Below are positions 40,184 through 53,000 of a DNA stretch of 64,000 nt, piece after piece. The stretch's first letter is position 1. Every line of letters begins with the position of its first letter. A model generated the notes under the pieces. The model was not told where the DNA came from and did no database searches. It saw nothing but the letters and a program-made list of their open reading frames with translations. The translations under genes were made by a program, and so were the position numbers. This DNA comes from an uncultured Gemmatimonadales bacterium (lineage in GTDB: Bacteria; Gemmatimonadota; Gemmatimonadetes; Gemmatimonadales; GWC2-71-9), in the NCBI GenBank assembly GCA_963728915.1, contig CAVSLV010000001.1:1632001-1696000 (forward strand). Direction: 5' to 3'.

Positions 40184-43100
40184 GCGGGTCCCAGACCGAG
40201 GCAAAGCGAGCGCTCCTGGCCAAGCTCCTGAAGGAGAGGGCCGCGACGAACCAGGACGCCCCGGCGGCTCAGCCGGAGCTCCGATCGTTGCCCAGGGATC
40301 AGGATCTCCCTCTTTCGTTCGGGCAGGAGCGGGTCTGGTTTCTGGACAAGCTCCAGCCGGAGAGCGCTTTCTACAATCACCTCGACCTGATCTCGTTCTC
40401 CGGCCGGTTGAACGTCGAGACGCTCAACCGATGCCTGGACCTCGTTGTCGCCCGGCACGAAGTCCTCCGGTCCACCTTCCCTGAAGTTGATGGCTTGCCG
40501 GTGCAGCGCGTCGGTCCCCCATACCGCGTGCCTCTTCCGGTCACCGATCTGCGGGCCTTGTCCCCGGAGGAGCGGAGCCGTCAGTGGCACGAGATCGCCG
40601 CCCGGGAAGCCAAGACGCTTTTCGATCTGGCGACCGGACCTCTGCTCCGGGCCCGGTTGCTTCGGCTCCAGGACGACGAGCACCTGCTCGTCTTCACGGT
40701 GCACCACATCGCCTGGGATGGCTGGTCCCTCGGTCTGTTCCTGCAGGAGCTGACCACCGCCTATCCGGCGTTGGCCGGTGGCAAGACCCCGGAACTACCT
40801 GCCTTGCCGCTGCAGTACGTGGACTTCGCGGATTGGCAACGACGCTGGCTCTCGGGAAAGACGCTTGAGGCACAGCGGCAATTCTGGGGGCAACGGCTCG
40901 GCGGCAACCTGCCCACGCTCGACCTCCCGCTGGATCGTCCCCGGATGCCGAGCCGAAGCTTCGAGGCCCGGCCCCTGGATGTGAATGTGGAAGGCGATCT
41001 CCTCACGGCCATCCGGGAGTTGAGCCGGCGAGAAGGGATGACGCTCTACACCACCGTCCTCACCCTGTTCAACATCCTGCTCAACCGTTACACCGGCCAG
41101 GAGGACGTTCTCATCGGCACCCTCGTGGCCGGCCGGGTTCGGCCCGAGATCGAGCAGGCGATCGGCTGTTTCGTGAATACCATCGCGCTGCGGACCGACC
41201 TTTCCGGCGATCCGACGTTCCGGGAGGCCCTGCGGCGCACCAGGGACGTGATCCTGAGTGCCCATGCTCACGCCGACTATCCCTACGAGGAGCTGATCAA
41301 ACAGCTCCAGCCCCATCGCGACCTGAATCGAAACCCGGTGCTCCAGGTCTTCCTGAACATGTTGAATGTCCGCATGTGGGATGACATCGTGCTCCCGGGC
41401 CTGACCATCCGGTCGCTTTCGGCGCTCGAGGTCCATGCGGTCGCGGACGGTCTCACCCTTTTCGCCTCCGAAGCCGACGACCGGCTCCAGCTGTGCTTCG
41501 GTTATCCGACCGAGTTGTTCGACACCGACACGATCGAGCGCATGGCCGGGCACCTCCTCACGCTGATGGCCGACGCGGCCGCGCATCCGGAGCTCTGCAT
41601 TTCCCGGCTCCGCATGGTCTCTCCTTCCGAGGAGGCGACCCTTCTGCGAGCCGGAGGCGAAGGGGCGCGGCCCGTTGCCGCCGAGACCACGCTTCATGCC
41701 CTGTTCGAAGCTCAGGTCGCTCGCGATCCCGATGCGACCGCGCTCACCTTCGAAGACATCACCCTGAGTTACGGCGAGCTCAATGCCAGGGCGAATCGAG
41801 TCGCTGGTTCCCTGCGCGACCTCGGAGTCGGTCCCGACCACCTGGTCGGGCTTTGTGCCGAACGATCCCTCGACCTGGTGATCGGCATCCTCGGGATTCT
41901 CAAGGCGGGGGGCGCTTACCTGCCGCTCGATCCGGCCTATCCCGCCGATCGGCTGGGGTTCATGATCCAGGACGCCGCGCTCTCGGTCATTCTGACCCAG
42001 CGCACCATCGCCCCGCTCCTTCCAGCCTCCAGCGCGAGGATTGTCCTGCTCGACGAGGCCGCAGCGTCCGGGCCGGAGTCACCAGGCGGCCCATTCTCCC
42101 GAGCCGGCCCGTCCAACCTCGCCTATGTGATCTACACCTCCGGATCGACCGGCCGGCCAAAGGGTGTCCTCATCACCCACGCCAACGTGGTCCGCCTGCT
42201 GGCCGCGACCCGGGACTGGTTCCATTTCGATTCATCGGATGTGTGGACCCTGTTCCATTCCTTCGGCTTCGATTTTTCCGTGTGGGAGATCTGGGGGGCC
42301 CTTGCCTACGGGGGCAGACTGGTGATCGTGCCGCGGGACACCACCCGGGATCCGGTGGCGTTCCGGCGCCTCCTGGCGCGCGAGCGGGTTACCGTGCTCA
42401 ATCAGACGCCCTCGGCCTTTGGACAGCTGATCCAGGCCGACGAAGCGGAAGCCACGAGTGATCTGGGTCTCCGATTCGTCATCTTCGGAGGCGAGGCGCT
42501 CGACCTGGCGCCGCTTCGTCCCTGGGTCGACCGCCATGGCGACGCCGCTCCCCGCCTCATCAACATGTACGGGATCACCGAGACCTGCGTTCATGTGACC
42601 TACCGGCGCATAACCCGCGATGACATCCGACGGAATCAAGCCAGTCCCATCGGGATGCCGATTCCGGATCTGAGGGTGTACCTGCTCGATCAGCGCGACC
42701 GGCTGGTGCCGTTCGGTCTGCCCGGCGAAATCCACGTGGCCGGGCCCGGCCTGGCCCGCGGCTATCTCAATCGACCCGAGCTCACCGAAGAGCGGTTCGT
42801 TCCCGATCCGTTCCGCGCCGGAGAACGGATGTACCGATCCGGCGACCTGGCGCGCCGGAGACCCGACGGCGAGCTCGAGTATCTCGGGCGACGGGACCGC
42901 CAGGTGAAGATCCGCGGTCATCGGATCGAGTTGGGCGAGATCGAGGCGACCCTGCTTCAGGTTCCGGGGATTCGCGCGGCAGTGGTGCGGCCGCAACCTG
43001 CCAATGGCGTCGCCGACCGGCTGGTCGCCTACGTCGTTCCGGCTGATCCATCCGCGACGCCGACGTCCGAGCTCATCCGTGGAGCGTTGCGGCGGACCCT

Positions 43101-46100
43101 CCCGGAGTACATGCTGCCGGACTCCGTGATCGCCCTCGCCGCGCTCCCCCTCACCGCCAACGGGAAGATCGATCGCAACGCGCTTCCCGAGCCGCCAACC
43201 CAGACGGCCTCTCCCGGGTCAAGCGCGACGCCCACGACCGAGAACGAACAAATCGTTGCGAGAATCTGGTGCGAGGTGCTCGGCCTCGAACGGATCGGGG
43301 TGAACGACAATTTTTTCGAGCTCGGCGGGCACTCCCTGCTCGCGGCGCGGGTGACCGCCCGGTTGCGCGAGGCCTTCCGCCGCGAGGTGCCGGTACGACG
43401 CCTGTTCGAACTCCAGACGGTGGCGGAGCTGGCGAAGAGCTTCGATTCCGGGGGACCGGAGGTTGCGCTCGACCCTGCGATGATGCTCGAGGGTGGCCCC
43501 CCGGTCCTCTCGTTTGCGCAGGAGCGGCTCTGGTTCTTCGAGCAGCTCGAGCCCGGGAGTTCGGCGTACAACATCCCGATGATCCTCCGGTTTCGCGGGC
43601 GACTGGACACGGGGGCCCTCGAACGCAGCCTTTCCACCATTCTGGCGCGTCATGAAGTGCTTCGAAGCACCTTCTCGTCCGACGACGGAAAGCCGGTCCT
43701 CGTCATCGGTCCGCCACAGCCATGGACGGTCCAGACCTGCGGCCTCGACGGTATCGCACCGGAGCTCCGCGAAACCGAGGGTCTCAAGCTTGCCCACTCG
43801 GAGACGCTTCGTCCCTTCGACCTCCAGACCGGGCCCCTGGTCAGGGCCCTGCTGATCCAACTCGGCGAAGGAGGCGCATTACTTCGTTCTCACGCTTCAT
43901 CACATCGTCGGCGACGGGTGGTCTATCCAGATCCTGTTGAACGAATTCGCGGAACTCTACCGGGGCGGGCGTCCAGCACGGGGCGGCGACCCTTCCGTCG
44001 CTCCCGATCCAGTATCACGATTTCGCCAATGCTCAGCGGCAGCTCCTTTCCGCCGACCGGTTACGGCAAGATCTGGAATACTGGAAGCGGCAGCTCGATG
44101 GCGCCCCCCCCGCGCTGGATCTCGCCCTCGATCGAGCCCAGACCAGCCCAGCAGACCTTCGAAGGGGCGATCCACAGCAGCGTGCTTGGCGCTGGTCTGC
44201 TGCAGCGGCTTCACGAGGTATCTCGAGCCGAGGATGCCACCCTGTTCATGACGTTGCTCGCGGGATTCCAGGTCCTCCTCAGCCGGCTGAGCGGCCAGAA
44301 TGACCTGTGTGTAGGATCCCGGTCGCAGGCCGCAACCGAATCGAAACGGAGAACCTGATCGGCCTCTTCCTGAACACGGTCGTGCTTCGAAGCCGCATCG
44401 AATCCACGACGACCTTCCGTGAGGCGCTTCGACAGGTTCGCCAGAACGCGATCGACGCCTATGCGCACCAGGAGCTTCCTTTTGACCGGCTGGTCGAGGA
44501 ACTCCATCCGGTTCGGGACCTGAGTCGGACGCCGGTGTTCCAGATCCTGTTCAACATGACCAGCTTCGGGCGCGCCGAGTACCCTGGAGTTGCCGGATCC
44601 TCGAAATCGAACCGGCCCGGAGCTTTCTCGAAGCCGAATCGCGATCGAAGTTCGATCTGGACTCTCTACGTCTGGGAGCACGAGGCGGGGCTTCAGCTTG
44701 CGACCGTGTACAACGCCGCGTTGTTTTCTCGAGGCCGCATCGAGGATATGCTCCAGCAGTACGTACAGCTTCTAGCGACCTTACCTGACCTCGACCAACC
44801 AGTCGCCGCGGCCTCTTGGTCGGAGGGCCAGGTACTCTCCCAGGAGGATCTCCGACAACTCGCCCACTGGAACGCCACCACCCGACCCTACCCACTCGAG
44901 AGGAGTCTCCATTCCCTGGTGGAGGAGCAGGTGGATCGATCACCCAACGCCATCGCGGTTCGCTACGAGGAAGGGCAACTCACCTACGCCGAGCTGGATG
45001 CACGAGCCAATCAGCTCGCCAGGATTCTCCAGGAAAGCGGTGTCGGTCCCGACACCCTGGTTGGGGTCTGCCTGGAGCGCTCCCTCGAGATGGTGGTGGC
45101 ACTGCTGGCCACCCTGAAGGCCGGCGGCGCCTACGTTCCGATGGATCCCACATACCCGGCTGCCCGACTGGGCTTCATGATCCGCGATGCCAAAGTTCCC
45201 GTGTTGCTCATTCAGGAGCACCTGCTGGACCGACTCCCGAAAACCGCATGCAGGGTGATCGTAGTTGACCGGGAGAGACCCCAGGTCGCAAGCCAGCAGT
45301 CGGAGCGGTTGCCCAATACCGTCAAATCTGGCCAGCTTGCCTACATGATCTATACCTCGGGCTCCACCGGACAGCCCAAAGGCGCCTTGAATACCCACCG
45401 GGGAATCGTCAATCGGCTGCTCTGGATGCAAGAGACGTTCGGTCTCGATCCGACCGACCGAGTCCTGCAGAAGACGCCCTTCAGTTTCGACGTGTCAGTG
45501 TGGGAGATCTTCTGGCCCCTCCTCGCCGGAGCACGGCTCGTCATGGCTCGACCCGAGGGGCACAAGGACCCGGAGTATCTCCTCCGAACCATAAGGGCCG
45601 AGGGAATCACGACGCTCCACTTCGTGCCTTCGATGCTGGCGGTATTCCTCGTCCATCCGGGAGTGGATCGGTGCCCTCGATCAGGAGAGTGATGGCGTCT
45701 GGCGAAGCGCTCGCTCCCCACCTGGTCAAGCGTTTCTACGAGCGGCTGACCGGCGAGCTTCACAACCTCTACGGACCCACCGAAGCCGCCGTGGATGTGA
45801 CGTGGTGGCCCTGCATTCCGGACCCTGAACTGGTGCCAATCGGCCGTCCGATCGCCAACACGGCACTCTATGTCCTCGATGCGGGGGCGAACGTCACCCC
45901 AATCGGATCCCCTGGCGAGTTGGTCATCGGTGGGGAAAACGTCGGTCGAGGATACCACAACCGGCCGGAGCTGACCGCCGAGCGTTTTGTTCCCAACCGA
46001 TTCGCGGGGACCGGAATGATGTATCGCACCGGCGACCTGGCGAGGTGGCTGCCGGACGGAACACTCGAATTCCTGGGCCGGCTCGACAACCAAGCCAAGC

Positions 46101-46675
46101 TGCGGGGATTTCGCATTGAACCCGAAGAGATCGAGTCGCTCCTGGTTGAAGATCCCGGAGTCCGGGAGGCCGCCGTTGCGATCCGGGGCGAACCGGGTCG
46201 TGAGCGCCTGATCGCGTATGTCGTCCCATCCTCGAACCATTCTCCGTCCGATGCCCGGATCCGTGGCTTTCTCGCGGAACGGTTGCCCGCCTACATGGTC
46301 CCCGACCAGGTGATTCTGCTCGAGGCGCTTCCGGTGACAGTCAATGGCAAGCTGGACCGCAAAGCATTGCCAGCCCCGGCACGGACTTCCTCATCGACCA
46401 TCGGACCACGAACAGCAACGGAAGCCACCATCACCAGGATCTGGCGCCGAGCTCCTCGGGCTCGAGCAGATCGGGATCACCGACAATTTCTTTGAGCTCG
46501 GGGGCCATTCGCTCCTGGCAGCGCGGGTTATGGCCAGGCTTCACAAGCAACTCGGGGTAACCCTTCCGGTACGGGCCCTGTTCGAAGCGCCCTCCGTCGA
46601 AGCGCTGGCGCGAGTGGCGGAGACAACAGCCGGAGGCAGAATGCCAGTCGCGAGCGGGAGGAGATCAGCCTGTGA
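40180..46675 (+). CDS. NRPS, two modules: C-A(Thr)-PCP-C-A(Ser)-PCP (several frameshifts from 43880 onward)
   Basis: C motifs HHIAWDGWS and HHIVGDGWS. Pocket codes read by hand: DFWNIGMVHK (Thr) and DVWHMSLVDK (Ser). Both PCPs read FFELGGHSL. The probable C-terminus is EREEISL* at 46675 in an alternative frame. Confidence 0.85.
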
Positions 46676-49600
46676 CGAGCCCTCCTCCGCTCTGACCCTG
46701 CTGCAGCGCCTTCGCGATCTCGACGTCCAGGTCTGGGTCGAGGGGAGCCGCCTGCGTCTCAACGCGCCGAAGAGCTGTGCTGACCGACGCCCTCAAGAGC
46801 GAACTGTCTGCGCGCAAGGCCGAGCTGATCGCGCTCCTTGCCGCACCACCCGCCGCGCCGCAGGGCGGGGTCGACGGGACCGGAGCACCGCTGTCTTTCT
46901 CGCAGCAGCGGCTCTGGTTTCTGGACCAGCTTCGACCCGGGTCGTCCGAGTACAACATGCCCGGCGCGACCCGCTTCAAGGGCTCGTTGAACATCAAGGC
47001 TCTCCAAGACGCAATCGCGACCGTCATCGAACGCCATGAAGCGATCCGGACCCACTTCCCCGTCGTGGATGGCGCCCCGGTTCAGGTGGTTGGACCGCCG
47101 GGTGAGTTTCATCTTCCCCAGCAAGACCTGCGCAGCATCGCGGAAGCGGACCGCGAGGAGAAGCTCATCGAGCTGCTCCAGCGCGACGCCGCCGAACCGT
47201 TCGACCTCGCTCGGGGGCCGCTCTTCCGGGCCAGGCTCTACCGGGTCGGAGAGAAGGAACACGTCCTCATGTGTGTGATGCATCACACCATCGGGGATGG
47301 GTGGTCCTCGGGGGTATTCGTCAGGGAGATCGGCCTGCTGTACCCGGCGTACCTCGAAGGCAAACCATCGCCGCTGCCACCACTGCCGGTCCAGTACGTC
47401 GAATTCGCCCGGCGACAACGCCAATGGCTGGAAAGTGACAGCTTTCGGACCGAGCTGGCCTACTGGACCAGGAAGCTCGAAGGGCTCACCGATGCACTGG
47501 AGCTCCCGACCGATCGACCGCGACCCCCGGTCCAGACGGCCAACGGCGCCCGAGAAATCGTCCGCTTCCGTCCCGGCTTGATGGAGAACATCGAAGACCT
47601 GAGCCGCCGGGAAGGGGTCACCCCGTTCATGTGCCTGCTGGCCGCGCTCGCCACACTGCTCATGCGGTACTCGGGCCAGGACGACATCGCGGTGGGGACC
47701 CCGATCGCGAACCGGACCAGCGTCGAGAGCGAACAGCTGATCGGCTTCTTCGCGAATACCCTGGTCTTCCGCACCGATCTGTCCGGGAACCCGACCTTCC
47801 GGGATCTGCTCAGGCGGGTCAGGGAAGTCGCGCTGGGCGCCTATGCCCATCAGGACGTCCCGTTCGAGAAACTGGTCGAAGTCCTGAAGCCGGTCCGGGA
47901 CCTGTCCCGCTCTCCCTTGTTCCAGGTGTTGTTCGCATTCCAGAACCTCCCGGCGGAAGTGATCGAGCTCCCCGGTCTTCGGCTCGAACCAGTCATCCTG
48001 CAGACCGTCACAACCCAGGCGGATATCGCGATGTATGTCGGGCGGGACCTCAAGGGCCACGGCATGTCCCTGGAGTACAACACCGACCTGTTCGATCGAG
48101 GTGACGATTCAGGGTCATGGTCGCTCATTTCACCGCTCTGCTCCGGGAAGTCTGCCGCGACCCTTCCCAGCCTGTCGACGCTATCCCCCTGCTCGCGCCG
48201 GAGGAGCGCCAACGCCTGCTGGTTGAGTGGAATGCCACGGCGACCGACCTCCCCCCGGTGAAGGCATACACGAGCTGGTCCTCCGCCAGGCGGAACAACG
48301 ACCCAACGCCACCGCCGCTATCAGTGGGGAGGAATCGCTGACCTACGAGGCGCTCCGTGCCAGGGTGATGCTGCTCGCGGGCCAGCTCCGGCAGCTCGGG
48401 GTCCGCCCCGGGGCGCTCGTCGGCGTCGCGGTCGAGCGGTCGCTCGACATGCTGGTCGCGTTGCTGGGAATCCTGGAGGCCGGGGGCGCGTACGTCCCGC
48501 TCGATCCGGCCTATCCGAAGGATCGCCTGGGATTCATGCTCGAAGACGCCGGGTGTCCCGTGCTGCTGACCCAATCGACCCTCCAGGCCGGACTTCCCCA
48601 GCACAAGGCCAAGGTGGTCCTCCTGGACCAGGTTGACTGGAACGGGACCGCCGCCACCGATCGCGGCCCCCGCCCCGGGCCCGGCGATCCGGCCTACGTG
48701 ATCTTTACCTCCGGCTCCACCGGCAGGCCCAAGGGCGTCCAGATCCCGCACCGCGCCCTGCTCAACGTCCTGGCCTCCATGGCGCGGGAGCCCGGGTTAG
48801 GCTCGGAGGATACCCTGCTGGCGGTCACCACGCTCTCGTTCGACATTGCCGGGCTCGAGCTGTTTCTCCCTTTGCTGGTCGGGGGCCGGGTGGTGATCGC
48901 CGCGAGAGAGGAAGCCCTCGATCCTGCCCGGCTGGCCCACCTGATCGAACACCACCAGATCAGCGTCATGCAGGCGACCCCCGCCACCTGGCGGATGCTG
49001 ACTGACGCCGGCTGGCGAAGCCATCCGGGATTCCGGATCCTCTGCGGGGGCGAGGCGCTGCCGCCAGCGCTCGCCGAGCGACTGCTCGAGGGGGGAGCCG
49101 AGCTGTGGAACGTATATGGGCCGACCGAGACCACCATCTGGTCGACGGTGCACCGGGTCCGGACGGCCGAATCCCCCATCTCGATCGGCCGGCCTATCGC
49201 CAACACGAAGGTCTATGTGCTCGATCGGAACGGCGCCCCCACGCCGGTGGGGGTCCCGGGCGAGCTTCACATCGGGGGGACGGGAGTCGCGCTGGGATAT
49301 CTGAATCGCCCCGAGCTGACCGCGGAACGATTTCTCCCCGACCCCTTCGCCTCCGAGCCGGCGGCCCGGATGTATCGCACCGGCGACCGGGCCCGCTGGC
49401 GCTCAAACGGGACGCTCGAATACCTCGGCCGCCTCGATTTCCAGGTCAAAATCCGGGGCTTCCGGGTCGAGCTCGGTGAGATCGAAACGGCGCTGTCGCG
49501 TCATCCGGGGATTGCCCAGGCTGTGGTCCAGCCGAATCTGGATGCCGCGGGAGTAAGCCGGCTGGCGGCATACCTGGTTCCCCGGGGGACCGCCTCCCCA

Positions 49601-50020
49601 GGATCCGCCGAGCTCCGGGAGTATCTGGGTCGGCTGCTCCCCGAGTACATGATTCCCTCGACCTTCACGGCCCTGACCGCGCTGCCGCTGACCCCGAACG
49701 GGAAGGTGGACCGTCGCCGGTTGCCCGCTCCCGAGGCAAGCCAGGACCAGCGGGAGGTTCCCTTCGTCCCCCCGCGCAACGAGATCGAGCGAACCGTCGC
49801 GAGCGTATGGCAGAAGGCCCTCGGCGTGACCTCGGTGAGCGCCACCGACAACTTCTTCGATCTGGGCGGCCACTCGCTCATGATCGTCAAGGTCCACAGC
49901 GAGCTGCGCAGCACCATCGGTCACGATCTCTCGATCGTCGAGATGTTCCAGTATCCCACGGTGCGTTTGCTGGCCAGGCGGATCGCCCGGACGGCCAACC
50001 TGGAGGCGGCCGCGACATGA
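46672..50020 (+). CDS. NRPS, one module: TubC-like docking, C, A(Gly), PCP (frameshifts near 46680, 46770, 48110, 48255)
   Basis: GGAGGAG precedes GTG 46672. LLQRLRDLDVQVWVEGSRLRLNAPK...LTDALKSELSARKAELIALL is the docking domain; C motif HHTIGDGWS; pocket code DILQLGVIWK (Gly); PCP FFDLGGHSL. It could instead be fused to the upstream NRPS. Confidence 0.82.
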
Positions 50021-53000
50021 ACCGGATGGAGCCCATCGCGATCGTCGGCATGGCGGGCCGGTTCCCCAAGGCGAGGAACCTGGAGGAATACTGGCGAAAT
50101 CTGCGCGACGGTGTCGAGTGTATCGCCTGGTTCTCCCCTGAGGAACTTCGCGCGGCGGGCACCGACCCTGCGTTGCTCAACGATCCCAATTTCGTGCCCG
50201 CCCGGGGCCAGCTGGCGGAGGCCGAAATGTTCGATGCCGGGTTCTTCGCCATGAACCCGCGCGAGGCGGAGGTCACCGACCCGCAACATCGTCTGTTCCT
50301 GGAGGTCGCCTGGGAAGCCCTGGAGAACGCCGGCTACGACGTCGACCGGCTTCGCCGCAGGACCGGGGTCTTCGCCGGTACCAGCGCGAGCACTTACCTG
50401 CTGATGAATCTGCTGCCCAATCCCGAGTTGCTCCGGACGGTCGGCGGATATCAGACCATGATCGGGAACGACAAGGACTACCTGCCGACCCGGGTGTCCT
50501 ACAAGCTCAACCTCCGGGGCCCCAGCGTCCTCATCCAGACGGCCTGTTCGACCTCCCTGGTCGCGGTCCAGTTTGCCTGTCAGTCCCTGCAGGACCGCCA
50601 GTGCGAGGTCGCGTTGGCGGGGGGCGTTTCGGTGATGTTCCCGAGGACCGCGGGTTATGTCTACCAACCCGGGATGATCCTCTCGCCCAACGGGCAGTGT
50701 CGTCCCTTCGACGCCGACGCCCATGGGACCGTCGCGGGGGAGGGGGTCGGGGTCGTCGTCCTCAAGCGACTGGAGGACGCCCTCGCCGACCAGGACCATA
50801 TCCGGGCCGTCATCAAGGGCGCCGCGATCAACAACGACGGGGCCCTGAAGGTGGGATATACCGCCCCCAGCGTCGACGGACAGGCGGAAGTCATCGCCCA
50901 GGCCCACCGGCTCGCCGGGGTGGATCCCGAAACCATCCAGTACGTCGAGGCCCACGGCACCGGGACCGAGCTCGGCGATCCCATCGAGATCGCCGCCCTC
51001 ACCAAGGCCTTCGGTGCCGATCTCCCGGCCAGGCAGTTCTGCGCCATCAGCGCGGTCAAGTCCAACATCGGGCACCTCGACGCGGCGGCCGGCGTGGCGG
51101 GACTCATCAAGGCGGTCCTGTCCCTCGAGAACACAACGATTCCGCCCTCGCTCCACTTCGAGAAACCCAACCCGCAGATCGACTTCGCTTCGAGCCCCTT
51201 CTACGTGAATGCGGCGACCCGGCCGTGGCCCAGAAGCGGTCACCCCCGGCGTGCCGGGGTCAGCTCATTCGGTATCGGTGGAACCAACGCGCATGTGATC
51301 CTCGAGGAAGCTCCAGCAGGACCCGCTGGAACGGAACCAGGCCGGACCGAGCTCCTCCTTGTCTCGGCCAGAACACCCGCGGCACTCGAGCAGAGCCGGG
51401 CCAACCTGGCTGTCCATCTGGAGGCGCACCCCGAGCAACGACTCGCTGACGTCGCCTTTACGCTGCAGCAGGGGCGTAAGGCGTTCCCCCATCGCTGTGC
51501 CGTGCTCGCGCGCGATGCCTCCCAGGCCATCGCCGGCCTCCGGGGAACGATTCCGCAACCGCTGCTCGGGCCGTCCGGTCCGGTGAGCGAGCGTCCCGTT
51601 GCGTTCCTGTTCCCGGGTCAAGGATCCCAATACGCCGGGATGGCGGGAGAGCTCTATCGAAGCGACGCCGGATTTCGCCAGGACATCGATCGCTGCGACC
51701 AGGAAATGGCGGGCGCCCTCGGGGCCAGCCTGGTGGACTTCCTGGTGACGGCTCCCGACCGGATGGAAGCGGTAACCGGTCTCCTCCGCCAAACCCGCAT
51801 CGCCCAGCCGGTCCTCTTCGCGGTCGAATGGGCGCTGGCGCGGTTGTGGGTGCGAGCCGGGATCCAGGCCGAGGCCATGCTCGGCCACAGCATCGGGGAA
51901 TACGTCGCTGCCTGTCTCGCCGGGGTGTTCGACCTGTCCGATGCGCTGCGGCTCGTGGTCGAACGAGGGCGCGTGATGGACATCCCCGGCGGGGCGATGC
52001 TGTCGGTTCCCCAGAGCGCCGAGGCGGTTCGCGGGATTCTCCCGGCCGCATTGGACCTCGCCGCGGTCAACGCTCCGAATCTCTGCGTCGTCTCCGGACC
52101 CGACGACGAGATCGGCGCATTCGAAGTGATCCTGGAGGCCCGCGGAACCCCGGGACAACGGTTGCATACTGACCATGCATTTCATTCCCGGATGATGGAG
52201 CCCGCCGTGGAGGCATTCGCGGCGGTCGTATCCAGGATTCGTCTCGCTCCGCCCCGCGTGCCTTTTCTCTCCAACGTCACCGGCACCTGGATCACCGCCC
52301 AGGACGCGACCGACCCGGCCTACTGGGTCCGGCATCTTCGTTCGACGGTGCAGTTTTCCGCTGGACTCCATCACCTCCTTGAGGACGAGGAGCGGGTGTT
52401 CCTCGAAGTGGGACCGGGCCATTCTCTCACGTCGATCGCGCGCCAGCACACCGGACGCGATCGCCTCGTCGTTCCTTCGTTGCGGCACCCCAGGGAATCC
52501 ACCCCGGATCGCGATACGATCCTCACCGCCCTCGGCAGACTGTGGATCGCGGGCGTGGCCATCGATTGGAACGGTGTGGACAGCTCCTCCTCGCGGTATC
52601 GGGTTCCCCTGCCGACCTACCCGTTCGAACGGCAGCGGCATTGTTCGGACCCGCCGCCGGTTAGGACCAGTATCGCAGAAGCCCGGCTTTCCGTCATGAA
52701 GCACCCGAATCTGACCGAGTGGTTTTCGGTGCCGGCGTGGATCCGGACGCCACGGCGTCCGATTCGCGATCGCGTGCCCGAAGGGAAGTGGCTGGTTCTG
52801 GCGGGTGCCGACGGCCTGGGAGATCGCCTTGCCGCCCGGTTGCGCGAGCGGAATCCCCATGTGGTCACCGTGGTGCCGGGAGAACGGTACGCGGAGCTGG
52901 GCCCGGGCCGGTTTGCGGTCGAACCCGGTAACCCCGAAGCCTTCCTCGCCCTGATCCGTCACCTGGACACCGCGGGAGCGGTCCCCAATCGGATCGTCGA

